64,000 bases of DNA from the human T2T-CHM13v2.0 reference genome, Homo sapiens, in assembly GCF_009914755.1 (NCBI RefSeq), contig NC_060938.1; one strand, written 5' to 3'. Below, piece after piece: positions 1-13,490 of this stretch. The position numbers and the translations under genes were made by a program. Position 1 is the stretch's first letter; each line of letters opens with the position of its first letter. Under the pieces are notes generated by a model. It saw only the letters and a program-made list of their open reading frames with translations. It was not told the origin of the DNA and made no database searches.

Positions 1-149
1 GGCTGTTCCCAGAGTCCCCCTGCCAGGCTTCAGGTCCCACTCCACCCCCATGCAAGCTGGGAGACCTCCCAGGCCAGGTGCCTTATTAGTCCCTCTATGC
101 TTCGGTCTCTTGCCTGGAGAATCGAGGTGCCATGGTGAAATATGGGTGA

Positions 150-360
150 CCCTGACTGTGATCAATAGGGTTATCTTCAGGATTATGAGATAAGATGCAG
201 GAAAGCATCCATATGGTGCTGGACATACATGAAGCACCCAGTAAATAAAAACAATTGTTCTACTTCATTCTTTAGGTCAAGAACTTTACAGATGAGAGGT
301 TGTATACTTGACTGAGACCACACAGCATGGGGCAAAGTCAGGACTAACCACAGACATTCT
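150..360. mobile_element. Degenerate MIR fragments
   Basis: MIR-like 3' part (ggattatgagataagatgcaggaaagca...gtaaataaa) and core tttacagatgag...ccacacagc. Confidence 0.55.
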
Positions 361-1029
361 GATGGACAAAGAGCCTCAGAGTGAGAGGCCCTGCCCTAAT
401 AAGATGCAGAAAACATTTGTAGCCCCGTTTAGGCAGTTAGTAAAAGGTGGGTCCAGGATGACACCCAGGATGACACCCAGGTTGACTCCGAATCCTTTGC
501 TCTTTCTCACTTTATTAGGCAGGCCTTCCTTTTGGTCCCACCTAGGTAGAGAAAAGGAGGTGCCACTGAGTCACTAGGTGCCATGGACCAGGACAGCAGG
601 ATCCCAAGGTGATGAAGAGTGAGCCACAACCTCACTCGTTCCCCTGGGGTGTGCTGGGCACCATGCCTGCTGATTTCCATCAACTGGGGCCTCCTGGCAG
701 CAGAGCTCAGCCTTTACAATCGTCCTTTCTGAGTGGGTATCATTTTATGATGGGCGAGACCTCCCATGTCCTGAGAGTAGCAGATTTATAATTGAGCAAA
801 GCAAAAATGCCATTAGATCAAAGGTCCCAGGAAGTGAGGCCTCGTCAGTTCTCAGTAAAACATCATTTAAGTGGACATCAGGGATGGGAGTCCAGCAAGG
901 GCATGTTCAAATTCAAGTCATCTAAGTGCCTAAAGTAGTTGGCCATTTCCTAATGACACGGACGGCTCTCATGGCAGGTGCTTTCCCTGGGATCTGAGCT
1001 CATATAGAAACAGAGGTTAAACACAGAGT

Positions 1030-1300
1030 ATGGACTTCCAGAGCTGGGAAGGACAGAGGCAACCCAGTCTTTTGCTTCCGTTTATTTTACAGTTGAAGAA
1101 ATAGAAGGAAAGCAACTTGCCCAGATGTCAGGTCAGACCAGTGACAGAGTTCAGGCATTCATTCATCAAACTCTCATGGAGCATGCCGTCTGTGTCAGGT
1201 CCACTGCTAGATGCTAGGCATATATATATAACAAGACTTAGCTCAAGGAGCTCCTGCTCTCAAGGAGTTCACCATCCAGTGGAGCATAGAGTGATCCTCT
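1030..1300 (-). mobile_element. MIR followed by L2 3' end
   Basis: ttttacagttgaagaaa MIR core; cattcattcatcaaac...gagcatgccgtctgtgtcagg...ctcaaggagttcaccatccagtgg is a typical antisense L2 tail. Confidence 0.6.
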
Positions 1301-1420
1301 GAGGATTCAAATGGAGACAGGAGCTACAGACCATCAAATCCAGAGGGACCAAGTACAAATGTCTGATTTCAAAAGCAAGTGGAATAAATGACAGAAGCAG
1401 AAATGTGTATCTCTTGGTAC

Positions 1421-1770
1421 TGTATTAGTCAGAATGAGATAGCTTGCACTGCAATAACAAACAATGCACTCACACCATGCCCAAACAGGTTGGCAGAGGA
1501 GGCTTAACTTCACACAGTCACTCAGGCTGACCAAGGCCACCACCTTGCAACTGCACCTGCTAGAACACACCAAGGCAGAGAAAGAATGCCAGGAATCTTG
1601 GACCAGCAATTACATTCTTAAACTCATAAGTAATATGCTTCACTTCAACCAGCTGCCCTAACCAATTCACTGTCTACTAACCAATTCAAATTAGTCCTGT
1701 GTCTCTACCTAATTACAGAGGGGTGGGACATCATAAATCTCCAACAAGCCCAGAAGGGAAGGCAAGTGGA
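1421..1770 (-). mobile_element. Old MaLR LTR (MLT1-like), degenerate
   Basis: Begins tgtattagtcag...ctgcaataacaaac, resembling the reverse-strand MLT1 end. Confidence 0.5.
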
Positions 1771-1974
1771 TGTGAGTGAGCCTTAGAACCCCACGGACAC
1801 ACTTCTGCCCTAATAGATGCTTGAGACTATGTTTCTCTTCCATCAAAAAACTTAGCTTATCTTTCTTGAAACCCTGTTTCTTTAGTTTATTTTTTATTTT
1901 CCCACTTTCGATAAACACATGAACATAAGATATCTTTTGTTCCTCTTAATGTTTCCATAAATGACAACTAGCAT

Positions 1975-2278
1975 TCAGCCCAGAGTGGGAGCTATAAGGG
2001 TGAGTGGAGACTGTGGCATAAGGGGGACAGAGAGAGGGGCAGCTTCTGCCCTCTCTGCCTTCCTGTGGCCGTGTTGAAATGCCAGCAGCCTAAGTGGCAC
2101 CAGTTGGTTTTTTTTCAAAGGGAAGCCAAAAATCTGATTTTTTCAGTAGAACCTCATGATGTTAATATATTAGCAAGTAAGCCAGCTTTTTTTTAAAAAA
2201 AAAGTGATGGCCATACTACAGACACCAAAAATGTGTAAAATAAAAATAAATGCCTGGCCATCAGTGGGAGACTTCTGC
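1975..2278 (+). mobile_element. MER102-like hAT-Charlie DNA transposon relic
   Basis: ggagactgtggc...tttttcaaagggaagccaaaaatctgattttt...tattagcaagtaa matches recalled MER102 body. Confidence 0.6.
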
Positions 2279-2986
2279 TCCAATCAACATCTTCTCAAAG
2301 AAAGGGGCAAGGCTCCAGGGGAAGGAGAAACTGGCCTGAAGTCAGCAGCAGCTCAGGAGACAGGAACAGCCTGGGCGAGAGGACCTATCCTCCGAGTACT
2401 GGTGTACTTGGCCTCTCCTTAAGATTCTCCCATCAAAACCGACCAACACGGCTCCTGCTGAAATGCAACACAGCTTGGCGTGGGTCCAGGCCTCTTCCCT
2501 GCTTCCTTATCTTTGCTCAACTTTGGTTATTCCAGGGCTTGGCAAGCCTTTGAACAACACCAAGCTGCCAGACTCACAAACTAAGAGAACTTCCAGCATG
2601 GAGGAGCTTTCCAATGGTCCCTGCTCATGGAGATGTCCCAGGGAGGGCTGGCAGGGGTGACCTCCCGTGAGGAACCTCAGCTTTCCCATTCAGGACAGAC
2701 CCCCATCAGAGCTGGAGCCTCCAGTCTCTTAAATTAATGCATGGCCCAGGGGGCTCTGGGATCCCCATTGGGTGTCCTTCTACACTTAGACCCTCTCCTT
2801 CCTGAGCTCCAGATCTTTTTCCTGGGAGCAGCTCATGCTGCCTGGGATTGAGACTACCAAACCAAAGCCATGCAATGCACCCAGGGGTAACACAGGGCTA
2901 CTCATATCGCACTGGATGCTCTCCAAAGTCCTGACAGGCAGGATTTTGCCAAAGAGCCCTTGTTGACCTTAAAGACTCAGAGGGGA

Positions 2987-3267
2987 GGCCAGGCATGGTG
3001 GCTCACACCTGTAATCCCAGCACTTTGGGAGGCTGAGGCAGGCAGATCACCTGAGGTCAGAAGTTTGAGACCAGCCTGGCCAACATGGCAAAACCCCATC
3101 TCCACTAAAAATACAAAAAATTAGCCAGGTGTGGTGGTGGGCTACTGTAGTCCCAGCTGTGCGGCAGGCTGAGGCAAGAGAATGGCTTGAACCCAGGAGA
3201 CAGAGGTTGCAGTGAGCTGAGATCACGCCACCGCGCTCCAGCCTGGGCGACCAAAAATAAAAATGAA
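2987..3267 (+). mobile_element. AluS (Sx-like)
   Basis: Full dimer from ggccaggcatggtggctcac; TSD aaagactcag(a/-)ggga-type, 2971-2986 aaagactcagagggga vs 3268-3283 aaagactcagatggga; terminal ~18 nt before the tail is missing. Confidence 0.97.
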
Positions 3268-3496
3268 AAAGACTCAGATGGGAAAGATCACATGACTGGT
3301 TAGCGGCAGAGCTGGAAGTAGGGTCCTGGTCTTTGAACTTTAAGGACACTATTTATTTTGTCCATTTTCCATGAACAGAAAGTGAAGATTTGTGTCAGAT
3401 GAACAACGGGCAGTATCATGGCCACTACATTCATTTGTTCATCTGAGAAAGAAAATGTGAGTGTTTATCACGTGCCAGCACTTTCCAGATTTCAGA

Positions 3497-4190
<694 letters not shown>

Positions 4191-4476
4191 ATACGTAAAA
4201 CAAAACACATACACACCACCCCCACAGATTCGGGAATTGTTACAATTTGCAATTTACAGAGAAAACAGAGGCTCTAAGTTACACAGATAAGAGCAGACAA
4301 AGCGGTTGGGTGTGGAAGAGCAAAGCTGCAGGGAGGATCTGCATCTGAATTCTCAGGCCTAGATCAACACTTCAGGTTTAAAGATCTCTCAACCCCAGCC
4401 AGAGACAATGGAGGGAATTAACACCACTGACAGCCACCACCACGCCTTATTCTGCACCACGTATGATTCCAAGGAC

Positions 4477-5190
4477 TTTTTTTTTTAACAGTTTCATTTA
4501 CATACCATAAAATGTACTCGTTTTAAGTGTACAATTCAATGCTATTTAGTAAATTTTCAGTTATGCAACCATCACCACAATCCAATTTTAGAACATTTGC
4601 ACCATCACAAAAGAATCCCTCAGGCTTATATACAGTCACGTCCCACTCCCCTCTGTCCCCAGTCCGTAGCAACCATGAACCTACTTTCTCTTTCCATGGA
4701 TTTGCCCACTCAGGACATTTCATGTAAATGAAATCATACCATATGGGGTCTTTTGTGCCTGGCTTCTTTCACTTAGGGCGATGTTTTTGAGATCCACTTT
4801 TTTGTAGCATTATCAGTATCTCTTTCCTTTTTATTGCTGAATAATATTCCATTGATGGCTGTAACACATTTTCTTTCTCTATTAATCCATGGATGGGCAT
4901 TTGGGTTGTTTCTACTTTGAAGCTATGATGAATAATACTGCTGTGAACATTCACATACAAGTCTTTGTGCAGACGTGTTTTTATTTCTCCTGAATAGATA
5001 TCTAGAAGTGGAATTGCTGCTGTGTAAATTTATGTTTAACTTTTTTAAAAAACTGCCACAGTGTTTTCCAAAATGGCTGCAGTATTTCATGGTTCCACCA
5101 GAAACGGATGAGGGTTCCAGTTGCCCCACACCCTCACCAACACTTGCTATTGTGTATCTTTTCACTATTGCCAAGTGATTTGTTTTTATC
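4477..5190 (-). mobile_element. L1MB-type LINE-1 3' end
   Basis: ttttaagtgtacaattcaatg...gcaaccatcaccacaatccaattttagaacattt...catttgggttgtttctac...ctcaccaacacttg. Confidence 0.9.
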
Positions 5191-5194
5191 AATT

Positions 5195-5350
5195 AACTTA
5201 GAGAATCCTGGCAGAAACCATAGAGATACAAGCTGTTCTTATTCCCACTTGACAGCTGGGAAGACCGAAGTGCAAGAATGATGAAGCCCCTTGCCCAAGG
5301 TCACAAGCCGGTAAGGAGCAGAGTCAGGGCTGGACCCAGGTCTGCCTCTC
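5195..5350 (-). mobile_element. MIR
   Basis: attcccacttgacagctgggaagaccgaag...ttgcccaaggtcaca. Confidence 0.7.
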
Positions 5351-5571
5351 CCTGAGGCTGGTCTGCCACTCACCACCCTTCTCTCCTGCCTCCTGTGGCA
5401 TTGGGCAGTGCACTGGCTTTCCCCACATCATCCAACCATTAATCAGCACCTACCAAGAACCAGCACTGACAGGTCTCAAATAATCCGTGGTCACTTGTGT
5501 CATCTCATACTCTCACTCACAGCTAGCTTTTTCCTGCAGAAACTAAGATTCAAGAGAAGTCACCATCTCTC

Positions 5572-5794
5572 CAGGGATCAGCAAACATATTCTGTAAAGG
5601 GCCAGAGAGTAAATATTTTAGCTTTGCAAGCCCAGTGGTCCCTGTTCCAAATACTCAACCTTGATCCAGGAGTGCAAAAACAGCCATGGACGATACATAA
5701 ACGAATGGGCATGGCTATGTTCCAATAGAATTGTATTTACTAAAACATGCAGGAGGACAGGTGTGGCCCACAGGCCATAGCTTGCCAACCCATG
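5572..5794 (+). mobile_element. MER58A hAT-Charlie MITE
   Basis: cagggatcagcaaac...gtaaagggccagagagtaaatatttta...gggcatggctatgttccaata...ccatagcttgccaacccatg; terminal inverted repeats recognisable. Confidence 0.9.
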
Positions 5795-6089
5795 ATTTTT
5801 TATCCATTGTTACATGACCAGGAAGGGACTGAGTAAGAATTTGAATCTGAGTGGGCCTGACGTCTTGGAGCCCGTGGTTGTCCCAATCCTCATAGCCTTG
5901 TACAAATCCACTTCCCATGTTGATTTCAAGACACTCTTTCCATCCGGGTTGTACACAACTCTTCCCCTCCATTATTGCTCATGACTGGCTGTGGTCATTA
6001 ATTCATATATTTAGCACAATTCAACCACTAGCAGTTCCTCATGCCCCAGGCTCACGCAAATATAACAGGAGCACAAGTGTTGGCCCCAA

Positions 6090-6280
6090 ATGCCCAGTTC
6101 AAGTCCCAGCTCCACACTGCCTGGCTCTGGACCCTCTCAGAGCCTCACTCTTCTCATTTGTAAAGTGGAGGCAGTCAGAGTGCCTGCATCATAGGTTGGT
6201 TGTAATAATGAAATAAACTCTAGGAACATCACTTTCAAATAGGGCCTGGCACAAAGTAGGCTATCATCAAATGATAGTTA
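6090..6280 (+). mobile_element. MIR
   Basis: gttcaagtcccagctccac...ctcatttgtaaagtggagg...cctggcacaaagtagg. Confidence 0.75.
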
Positions 6281-6473
6281 TCGCCAGGTAGCCCCCGCCG
6301 TCCAGGAACTGGCATCCATTTCACATCAACGCATTATTTAATATCTCACGGGGGAGAGCAAAGAACGCACTGAGGTTAAAAGTTCCTATGTAATAATTAT
6401 CATTGGCTGCGCAGGGTGGTGCCATACGGTTCTGCACAAAGTGGAACAGCCCGAGGACAAAACTGTAACACGG

Positions 6474-6508
6474 TAGTAGTAATAATAATGATAATAATAA
6501 TAATAATA
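6474..6508. repeat. (TAA)n microsatellite at a MIR tail
   Basis: tagtagtaataataatgataataataataataata. Confidence 0.9.
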
Positions 6509-6509
6509 G

Positions 6510-6790
6510 CTCACATTTATTAGGCATTTAGTAAGGTGACATGCTAAGTGCTTTCCAAAGACGGTCTCATAATAGCTCGCATCAGGACAGCCCTTCCGAG
6601 CTGACAAAGCGTTTTCCTGGGCTGTATCTCACATGTACCTCCCATCGGCCTGTGAGGGTGGCCTCTGTGTCCTCTCTAGTTTACAGATGAGGAAACCGAG
6701 ACTCTGCGAGGCAACGTGACTTATGCAGGCAGCCAGTGAGAAAGTGGTCAGGCAGGACTGTCACTCAGGACTCTGAATTGCAGAGTGGGC
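6510..6790 (-). mobile_element. MIR (interrupted)
   Basis: catttattaggcattta...tttacagatgaggaaaccgag. Confidence 0.7.
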
Positions 6791-7719
6791 TCCCTTTCCT
6801 GACTTCACGCCCCACCCTCCCCATGCGAGGCTTCAGCCTCACGTTTTCCTTATGCTTCTGCCCACGGCTGCAGAGGGAACAGCCATGCTAAGACACCAGG
6901 CACTACCCACTCCCAGGAGTGGGTCTGCTCCAGAAGACTGGGGAGGGGGAATGCTTAGCCAGGAGAATGCCCTGTGGCAAGAGGTTCTCATGCAGGCAGG
7001 GCCTGCCTGGTGCTTGAGGACCTTCAGGCTGGGGTCCTGCCTGTGGTGGATGTGCAATGTGGAATTTAAAGTGGGGAGAAGCCTGAGCAGCCACTGTATT
7101 TGACCTCCCTCCCCAATGCTAGAATGTTCTCACAAGGCCATGCTCTGGGGAAATGCCTCCAAGAACAGGGGATGATTCCTGCCCCCAACCCCAGCAGCGT
7201 GGATTGGGAAAGTCTGTTTGTGTGACATCGTCTAGACAAGCCAGGGGAGCCCGGTGTCCTCTGCCCTGTGACAGCCTGAGGGCAGTGCTGCCAGCCGCCA
7301 CACTTCCTCTCCAGGTGACCCTGCAGTTGCAGCCTGCACTGTTTGTACCTGGTGTCGTTTCCAGACACCTTAAGGGGCCAGCTCCGGCTATGTCTTCACC
7401 AACCACACCCATGGGTGGCTGGTTTGGAAGGACACAGACCAACCTTGATCATTTCCCTCCCCTGTGAAACAGGAGTGATGACCCTCGCAGTGTGGCTGGT
7501 GTCTGATAGAATCAGAGGCGGTACAGGCCAGGGGCTCCCTGGAAAGACACTGTGAACTAGGGCTTCTCTGGCAGTGGTAGATGCTACCGGCTCTGTCGCA
7601 AAGCCAAGAGTCCTTCAACAGGGGCCGGAAGGCATGCCTTCATTTTGCATGGACCTCGCACAGCCTCTCCTATTGGGTGAAAGGGATTTATTAATAGAGG
7701 AAACAAAATTACTTTAAAA

Positions 7720-7880
7720 AGTATTTATTTAAACGTTTAGTTGACAAATAAAAGTCGTACATATTTGCTGGTGTGAAGCTTGATGTTTTGAGGTAGGTAC
7801 ACACTGAGGAAAGGCTCAATCAAGCTAATCAACACATCCATGGCCTCACATACTTCCCATTTTTGTGTGTGCAGTGAGAA
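7720..7880 (-). mobile_element. L1MA-type LINE-1 3' end fragment
   Basis: ttgacaaataaaa...tgatgttttgag...caatcaagctaatcaacacatccatggcctcacatactt...gtgagaa. Confidence 0.8.
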
Positions 7881-8319
7881 GAGAATTACAATTTTTTATT
7901 TAAAAATGCAGAAAGCAATCTTCACGGCGAACGCCATGGCCATCAGAATCGCGTCTAATCTGTCGCTCCCTCATGGTTCCCGCACTCGGGCTGGGGCAGC
8001 AGCGGACCATTACCCCCCGCCAGGAACGGCCCCCAAGGACATGAACAAACAGGGATGTGCCTGCTCCCATCAGAGCCTCCCAGGACCCCCAGCCAAGCAC
8101 CAGGACATGCCATCCATTTGCCCTGCTGTTCCTTCTATCTGGAAGACACTCTCTGTCCCTTCTGTCTTCATGTCCTAGAGCCGCCATCCTCATGGCTCTG
8201 AAGCTCTCCCAGGCGGCGTGGGTGTGAATGCTGCCGCTTCCTTTCTTGGTGTGTACTATACGGTGCCATGTGAGTGCTGGCCCCCATGCCTTACTCTCCA
8301 CCAGCCTGTCACAACAACA

Positions 8320-8520
8320 ATGAACAGCCACTGTCCGCTGAGCACTTGCTGCACGTGAGGCACAGTGCTGGGTGACTTAGATGTGTGTTCTTGCGGTCCT
8401 CCCTAAATCCTTGATAGTCAGCCCTTTGGTCTCATCCTCTGAAGAGGAAACTCAGGTTGGCGATTTTTCAAGTTACACTGTGATGTTAGGGCAGAGCTGG
8501 ACTTGACTCTGAAGCTCCAC
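8320..8520 (-). mobile_element. MIR
   Basis: ctgagcacttgc...aggcacagtgct...gaggaaactcagg. Confidence 0.6.
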
Positions 8521-8904
8521 TCATGATCTCAGCCGTCTATCCCCAGCCCCCAGCACCTGTGATTCCAGCCCAGTGAATCGCAGCCCTCTTAGGAGAACAA
8601 AGATTATCAGTTGTTGTCTTGCAATAACAGGGTCTCCCAGATACCTCATTTAGTAGCAAACCAGATGGCAGCCCGAGCCAATGGTTCCTGCTCCACTGCC
8701 CAAGGGAAACAGCCTTACCTCCAATTGCATCATCTCCCCTTCCATTGGGGGTTCTTGATCTAATGACCTTGGCAAACAGAGACTTAAGCCAACGCCAGCC
8801 TCCTGAATCTGACTGTCCTTCCTTCTTTCCTTCCTGCATTTCTTTTTTAGCCTTTCCTTCCTGCCTGCCTCCTTTCCCTCTTCCCTCCCAGCCCTTATCT
8901 CTCA

Positions 8905-9090
8905 CCTGTCATTCATTATCCTGCACTCAGTTGACAGTAGCTGTGCCCTGCTGTGGGCTGCATCCTAGGCCACATGGAGAAGCACACATGTGTCCAGGAC
9001 GTGGAGCAGACATCGAAGAGGGAAGAGGGGGACTGATGGGTTCCAGGAAGGCTTCACAGAGGAGGTGTCGCCTGCACTGGGTCCTGATGG
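8905..9090 (-). mobile_element. L2 fragment
   Basis: caggaaggcttcacagaggaggtgtc...gggtcctga. Confidence 0.5.
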
Positions 9091-9709
9091 CCTACACTCT
9101 GAGGAGTTATGGAGCCAACAAGACAGAAGTTTGTCCCCACAGCCCCCTGCTGAGTGGTTTCCTCTCCTGATGCTCCAGTCCTTGTTGGTGGCACCAGCCT
9201 TCTCGCCTCCCCGACTCAGAAGCTCAATGCCAGCATGGCCTCCTCTCCCTGCTATGCCTCACTGACCCATTAGGCATCGTGTCCTGTTGCATCTCACTCT
9301 ATAAAGTCTGCCAGCTGGGCTCCTGCTCTTCTCCCCACTCAGTCACAGCCATTCACAGCCAGACCTACAGGGGCCCTGCCCAGCCACTGTCACAGCCCGC
9401 AATCTGGCCTCCCTGCTTCCCATGCCTCCCTATCACACCCATCCTCCAGGACACACTGCACCTGCCTGAATAATCTCCCAAGCACAGCAGAGCTCACAGG
9501 ACTGCCACCCACAGCCATGGCAGGGTGGGGGCCCACATCCCCCACACCTGGATATGAAACCTCCAGTGTCATCCTCCACCACAGGGAGGCCCAGGAAGGC
9601 GCCTCCTCTGCACCCTCGCTTCCACCATTCTCCCTCCCCAAAGGGCACAGGCACGGAGAGTTTCGGCCAACTTGGAGGGTGCTGGGTCCTGAGAGGTGAC
9701 AGCCCCTCC

Positions 9710-9950
9710 GTAATAGCTACAGCCGAAACCCAACCAAGTGCCAGGCACGATGCTCAGCGCTTCACATGGGTCCACCCATCCAATCCCCAAGACTACCCAC
9801 CGGGGAACCATCATTAGATCCTTGTCACCGAGGAGGAAACTGAGACTCAGAATGGCAAAGTGGCTCGCTCAGAGTCACCAGTTAGTAAAAGGAAGGTTCA
9901 GGCTGTAAGTGCTGGTCCCTGTCTCCAAAGCTCATGCCCTTCACCCTTAT
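9710..9950 (-). mobile_element. MIR
   Basis: taatagcta...gtgccaggcac...gaggaaactgagactcaga...ctccaaagctcatgc. Confidence 0.75.
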
Positions 9951-10508
9951 GACACCTCTTCCCAGGCACAAAGTGGGAGCTATGGGTCCCTGTCCAACTG
10001 CCTGACTCCCTCTTATTCTTTAAGCATCAGTCACCTCCTGCAGGAAGCCCTCCTGACCTTCCCCAAGGCTGGGGTGGGTGCTTCTGCTTTGTAGGTATGG
10101 CATACACACTTATGAAAAAATCTCTGCTCCCTGCACCACCATCCCCCAACCTACGCCCCAACACACACACACAGACTGTGCAATCCTCCCAGGCCTTCCC
10201 CGCAGCCACCACTCTGCATCACACTGGCACTGCTGAGAAAATCCTACAGGCTACATTAAAAGACGGAGGTGCTAGGGCTGCCACAATGAGCAGAAGATAA
10301 CAAACACCTGACTCAAGGGACCCGGGGTTTCATGGAAGAGCTCTTTGAGCAGGGCTTCATGGGTCAAGGTGGGTTTAAACAGATCTGGGTGAGGGAGATC
10401 CCAGCAGGCAGGCCCGTGTGAAGGTGGGAGGAGGAGGAGCGCCTCCAGGCAGGGGTCAAAACTCTGTCCCTCCTTCTCAGTCTATCTTCCTTCTCCTAAT
10501 CCGTACAT

Positions 10509-11085
10509 CAGAGGTCACAGGCTGGAAGTCCAGTTTTGCTTGACCAGCTCAGCACTTTAGATTTTTTTTAGATGCATGGCCAACATTTAGTCATTGGGAA
10601 TTTCAAATTAAAATCTGGATTTCTGGGGTCTGGTGGGAGTTGTTTACATCATCAGAGGGAATCCCTTATGAACAGATTCGTGTTCTCACTTGGGAGTAAG
10701 TGAGTTCTCACGCTGACAGTGCCCAGCAGAATTGGTTGTTACAAAGAGCCTGGCACCATCTCCGAGCCTTGTGTCCCCTGTCTCCATGGGAGCGATGCAC
10801 ACAGCAGCTCCCCTTTGCTTTTTGCCACGAGTGGAAGCAGCCTGAGGTCCTCACCAGATGCCCAATCTTGAACTTTTCCAACGTCAGAACCGTGAGCCAC
10901 ATAAACCTTTTTTCTTTATAAATTATTCAATCTCAGGTATTCCTTTATAGCAACACAAAACAGACTAAGACACTCCCACCTAAGGGGACCTTCCGTCACC
11001 AACCATCAGGGCACCAGTAATGTCACCTGGCCGGCCACAGGCATTGGTGACCCCTGCCTGGCTCTGAAGGCATTTAGATTAACCC
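10509..11085 (-). mobile_element. MER102-like relic interrupted by an MST LTR
   Basis: ggccaacattta...aaaatctggatttctgg before the LTR; cctgcctggctctgaaggcattt after it. Confidence 0.55.
10626..10972 (+). mobile_element. MSTB-like MaLR LTR, 5'-truncated
   Basis: gtgagttctcac...aaagagcctggcacc...gaagcagcctgaggtcctcaccagatgc...tctttataaatta...ctcaggtattcctttatagcaacacaaaacagactaagaca. Confidence 0.9.
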
Positions 11086-11449
11086 AATCCCAAACCACCT
11101 CTGATGGGAAGCCCTGGCTCCTTCAACTGGACTTCCCGCTGGCACAGAAAGGTTTCTGCCTGGAATACACTACACTTTTATACAGTCACATATTTTCTCC
11201 CCAAACACAACCACGCCCACTCTCCCTTGGGGCCAGGCAGGTCCACACTTGAATTCTAACCCACATGGAATCAGAGTGTGTCTCACAGCCCTCTGAGCCT
11301 CAGTTGTCACTCCAACTGTGACATAGGTCACCTTGCCATGCTTGGGGTTTAATAATGTTTTTTTATCAGGTACACTTGACAGGGCCACAGTCCCCAAAGG
11401 ACATTTTGTATTTCCACCCTGGGCCTCATCTCCCTCCCCCAACCCCACT

Positions 11450-11500
11450 TCTCTTTCTCTCTCTCTTTCTCTCTCTAACTAACTCTAACTCACACACATA

Positions 11501-11537
<37 letters not shown>
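11450..11537. repeat. Compound (CT)n/(CA)n microsatellite
   Basis: CT tract followed by about 23 CA units with TA interruptions. Confidence 0.95.
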
Positions 11538-11538
<1 letters not shown>

Positions 11539-12059
11539 ACAACTCCCAAACCCAGAAGTATTTGGTTAAGTTGAAACTTGGCACCAGAGTCCTGAGCCTT
11601 AAGGCAAACATTTGTTATAGAATTTATGGAAAATCACTTGGCTTCTCTTAGCTGGGTCATGGCAAAAAAAATGCACAGCAACCCCCTCTGTGCCTGTTCT
11701 GCACCACACTATGCCCTCCCACCCCCACTGTGCACTTTGGCTAATTAGAGGCTCTTGGAATTTCCCTGGGCTAGAGACAGGAGCTACTCTAGGCACGCAA
11801 CTCAGCAAACGCCTGGAGAGCTTCAGAGTCGGCTAGTCACCACCCACGGCTGCAGCCCATCCGGGCCATAGACAGCAAAGGGTGCCCAGTATTGTCACCC
11901 ATATCCTTCCATCGGCTGGTGCTCATCAAAGCTGCCTTGAGTTTTGGGTGGATTCTTTGTGCCATCCTTAGATAGATTTCCCAGGACGAGGGTGCATTGG
12001 CAGAACTTGGTGCTGAGGTGCTTGGCATATGCCTGAGAAGCTCATTAATGAGAGAAGTT

Positions 12060-12445
12060 ATCCGTTCACTCATGTATTCACTCACACATAAATTCTTCCA
12101 TTCATCTATTCATTTGTTTCTTTATTGCAGCTTAGACTATTTTACTCATTTTCTCCCTCACTCATTCATTCATTCAGAGTTTTACTAGTTTATGTATAGA
12201 TACAGATCCAGATCCAGATATAGATATTGATTGATATAGATTCCCTTGTTCACTTACTCTGTATTAATGCATCCATCATCCACTTGCCCACTCATCTATT
12301 TATCCATTCATCCATTCATTTATTTCCCCAGACATTGACTCACATTATTAATGTATTTATTAATGCATTCACCCATCCACTGTCTATTTATCCATCCACT
12401 CAATCACTGCATTTATTCATTAACTTGAACACATATTCACTCAAG
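12060..12445. repeat. Degenerate (CATT/CATC)n low-complexity tract
   Basis: Repeated cattcattc/ccatcc motifs over about 380 bp; probably expanded from an L2 tail. Confidence 0.7.
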
Positions 12446-12869
12446 AATCAGCTCCTCCTCCAGGGAAAGCAAGTAAGAACAATCAAGGCGAGGGTGTCAC
12501 CTGCTCACACCTGGGTCTCACACAGGAGATGAGCTTCAGACTGCAGTCAGCCCACCTCAGGGAAGAAGTGAGTCACAGCAAGATTGGGAAAGGAGAGGCC
12601 AGGTTCTTTAGGGCACCAGGGGAAGAGGGTAATCTGGGCCAGGGCAACCAGGGAGCTCTCCCCTAAGGGCGGTGCTCCCTGAGGCCACGGAAAACTTCCA
12701 AAGGCATGTGGGGCAGTGGTGAAGACTGCTCCCTCAGGTGCTGGGTGGGCAACTGGGCCAAGGAAGGGGAATCCCACCCTCGTCTAGCAGCCGCCAACTT
12801 CACAAGTAAAGATACGGGCTGCTGGGTGTCCTGGCTAGGGCAGAGGAATATGGAGCTGCAAGATCCTGG

Positions 12870-13490
<621 letters not shown>

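Noticed and set aside
452-488. (ccaggatgacac) repeated about 2.5 times
   Set aside because: Trivial 12-bp tandem duplication; no spacers, so not CRISPR-like
11757-11766. Perfect NF-kB site (GGGAAATTCC on minus)
   Set aside because: Isolated motif with no supporting cluster
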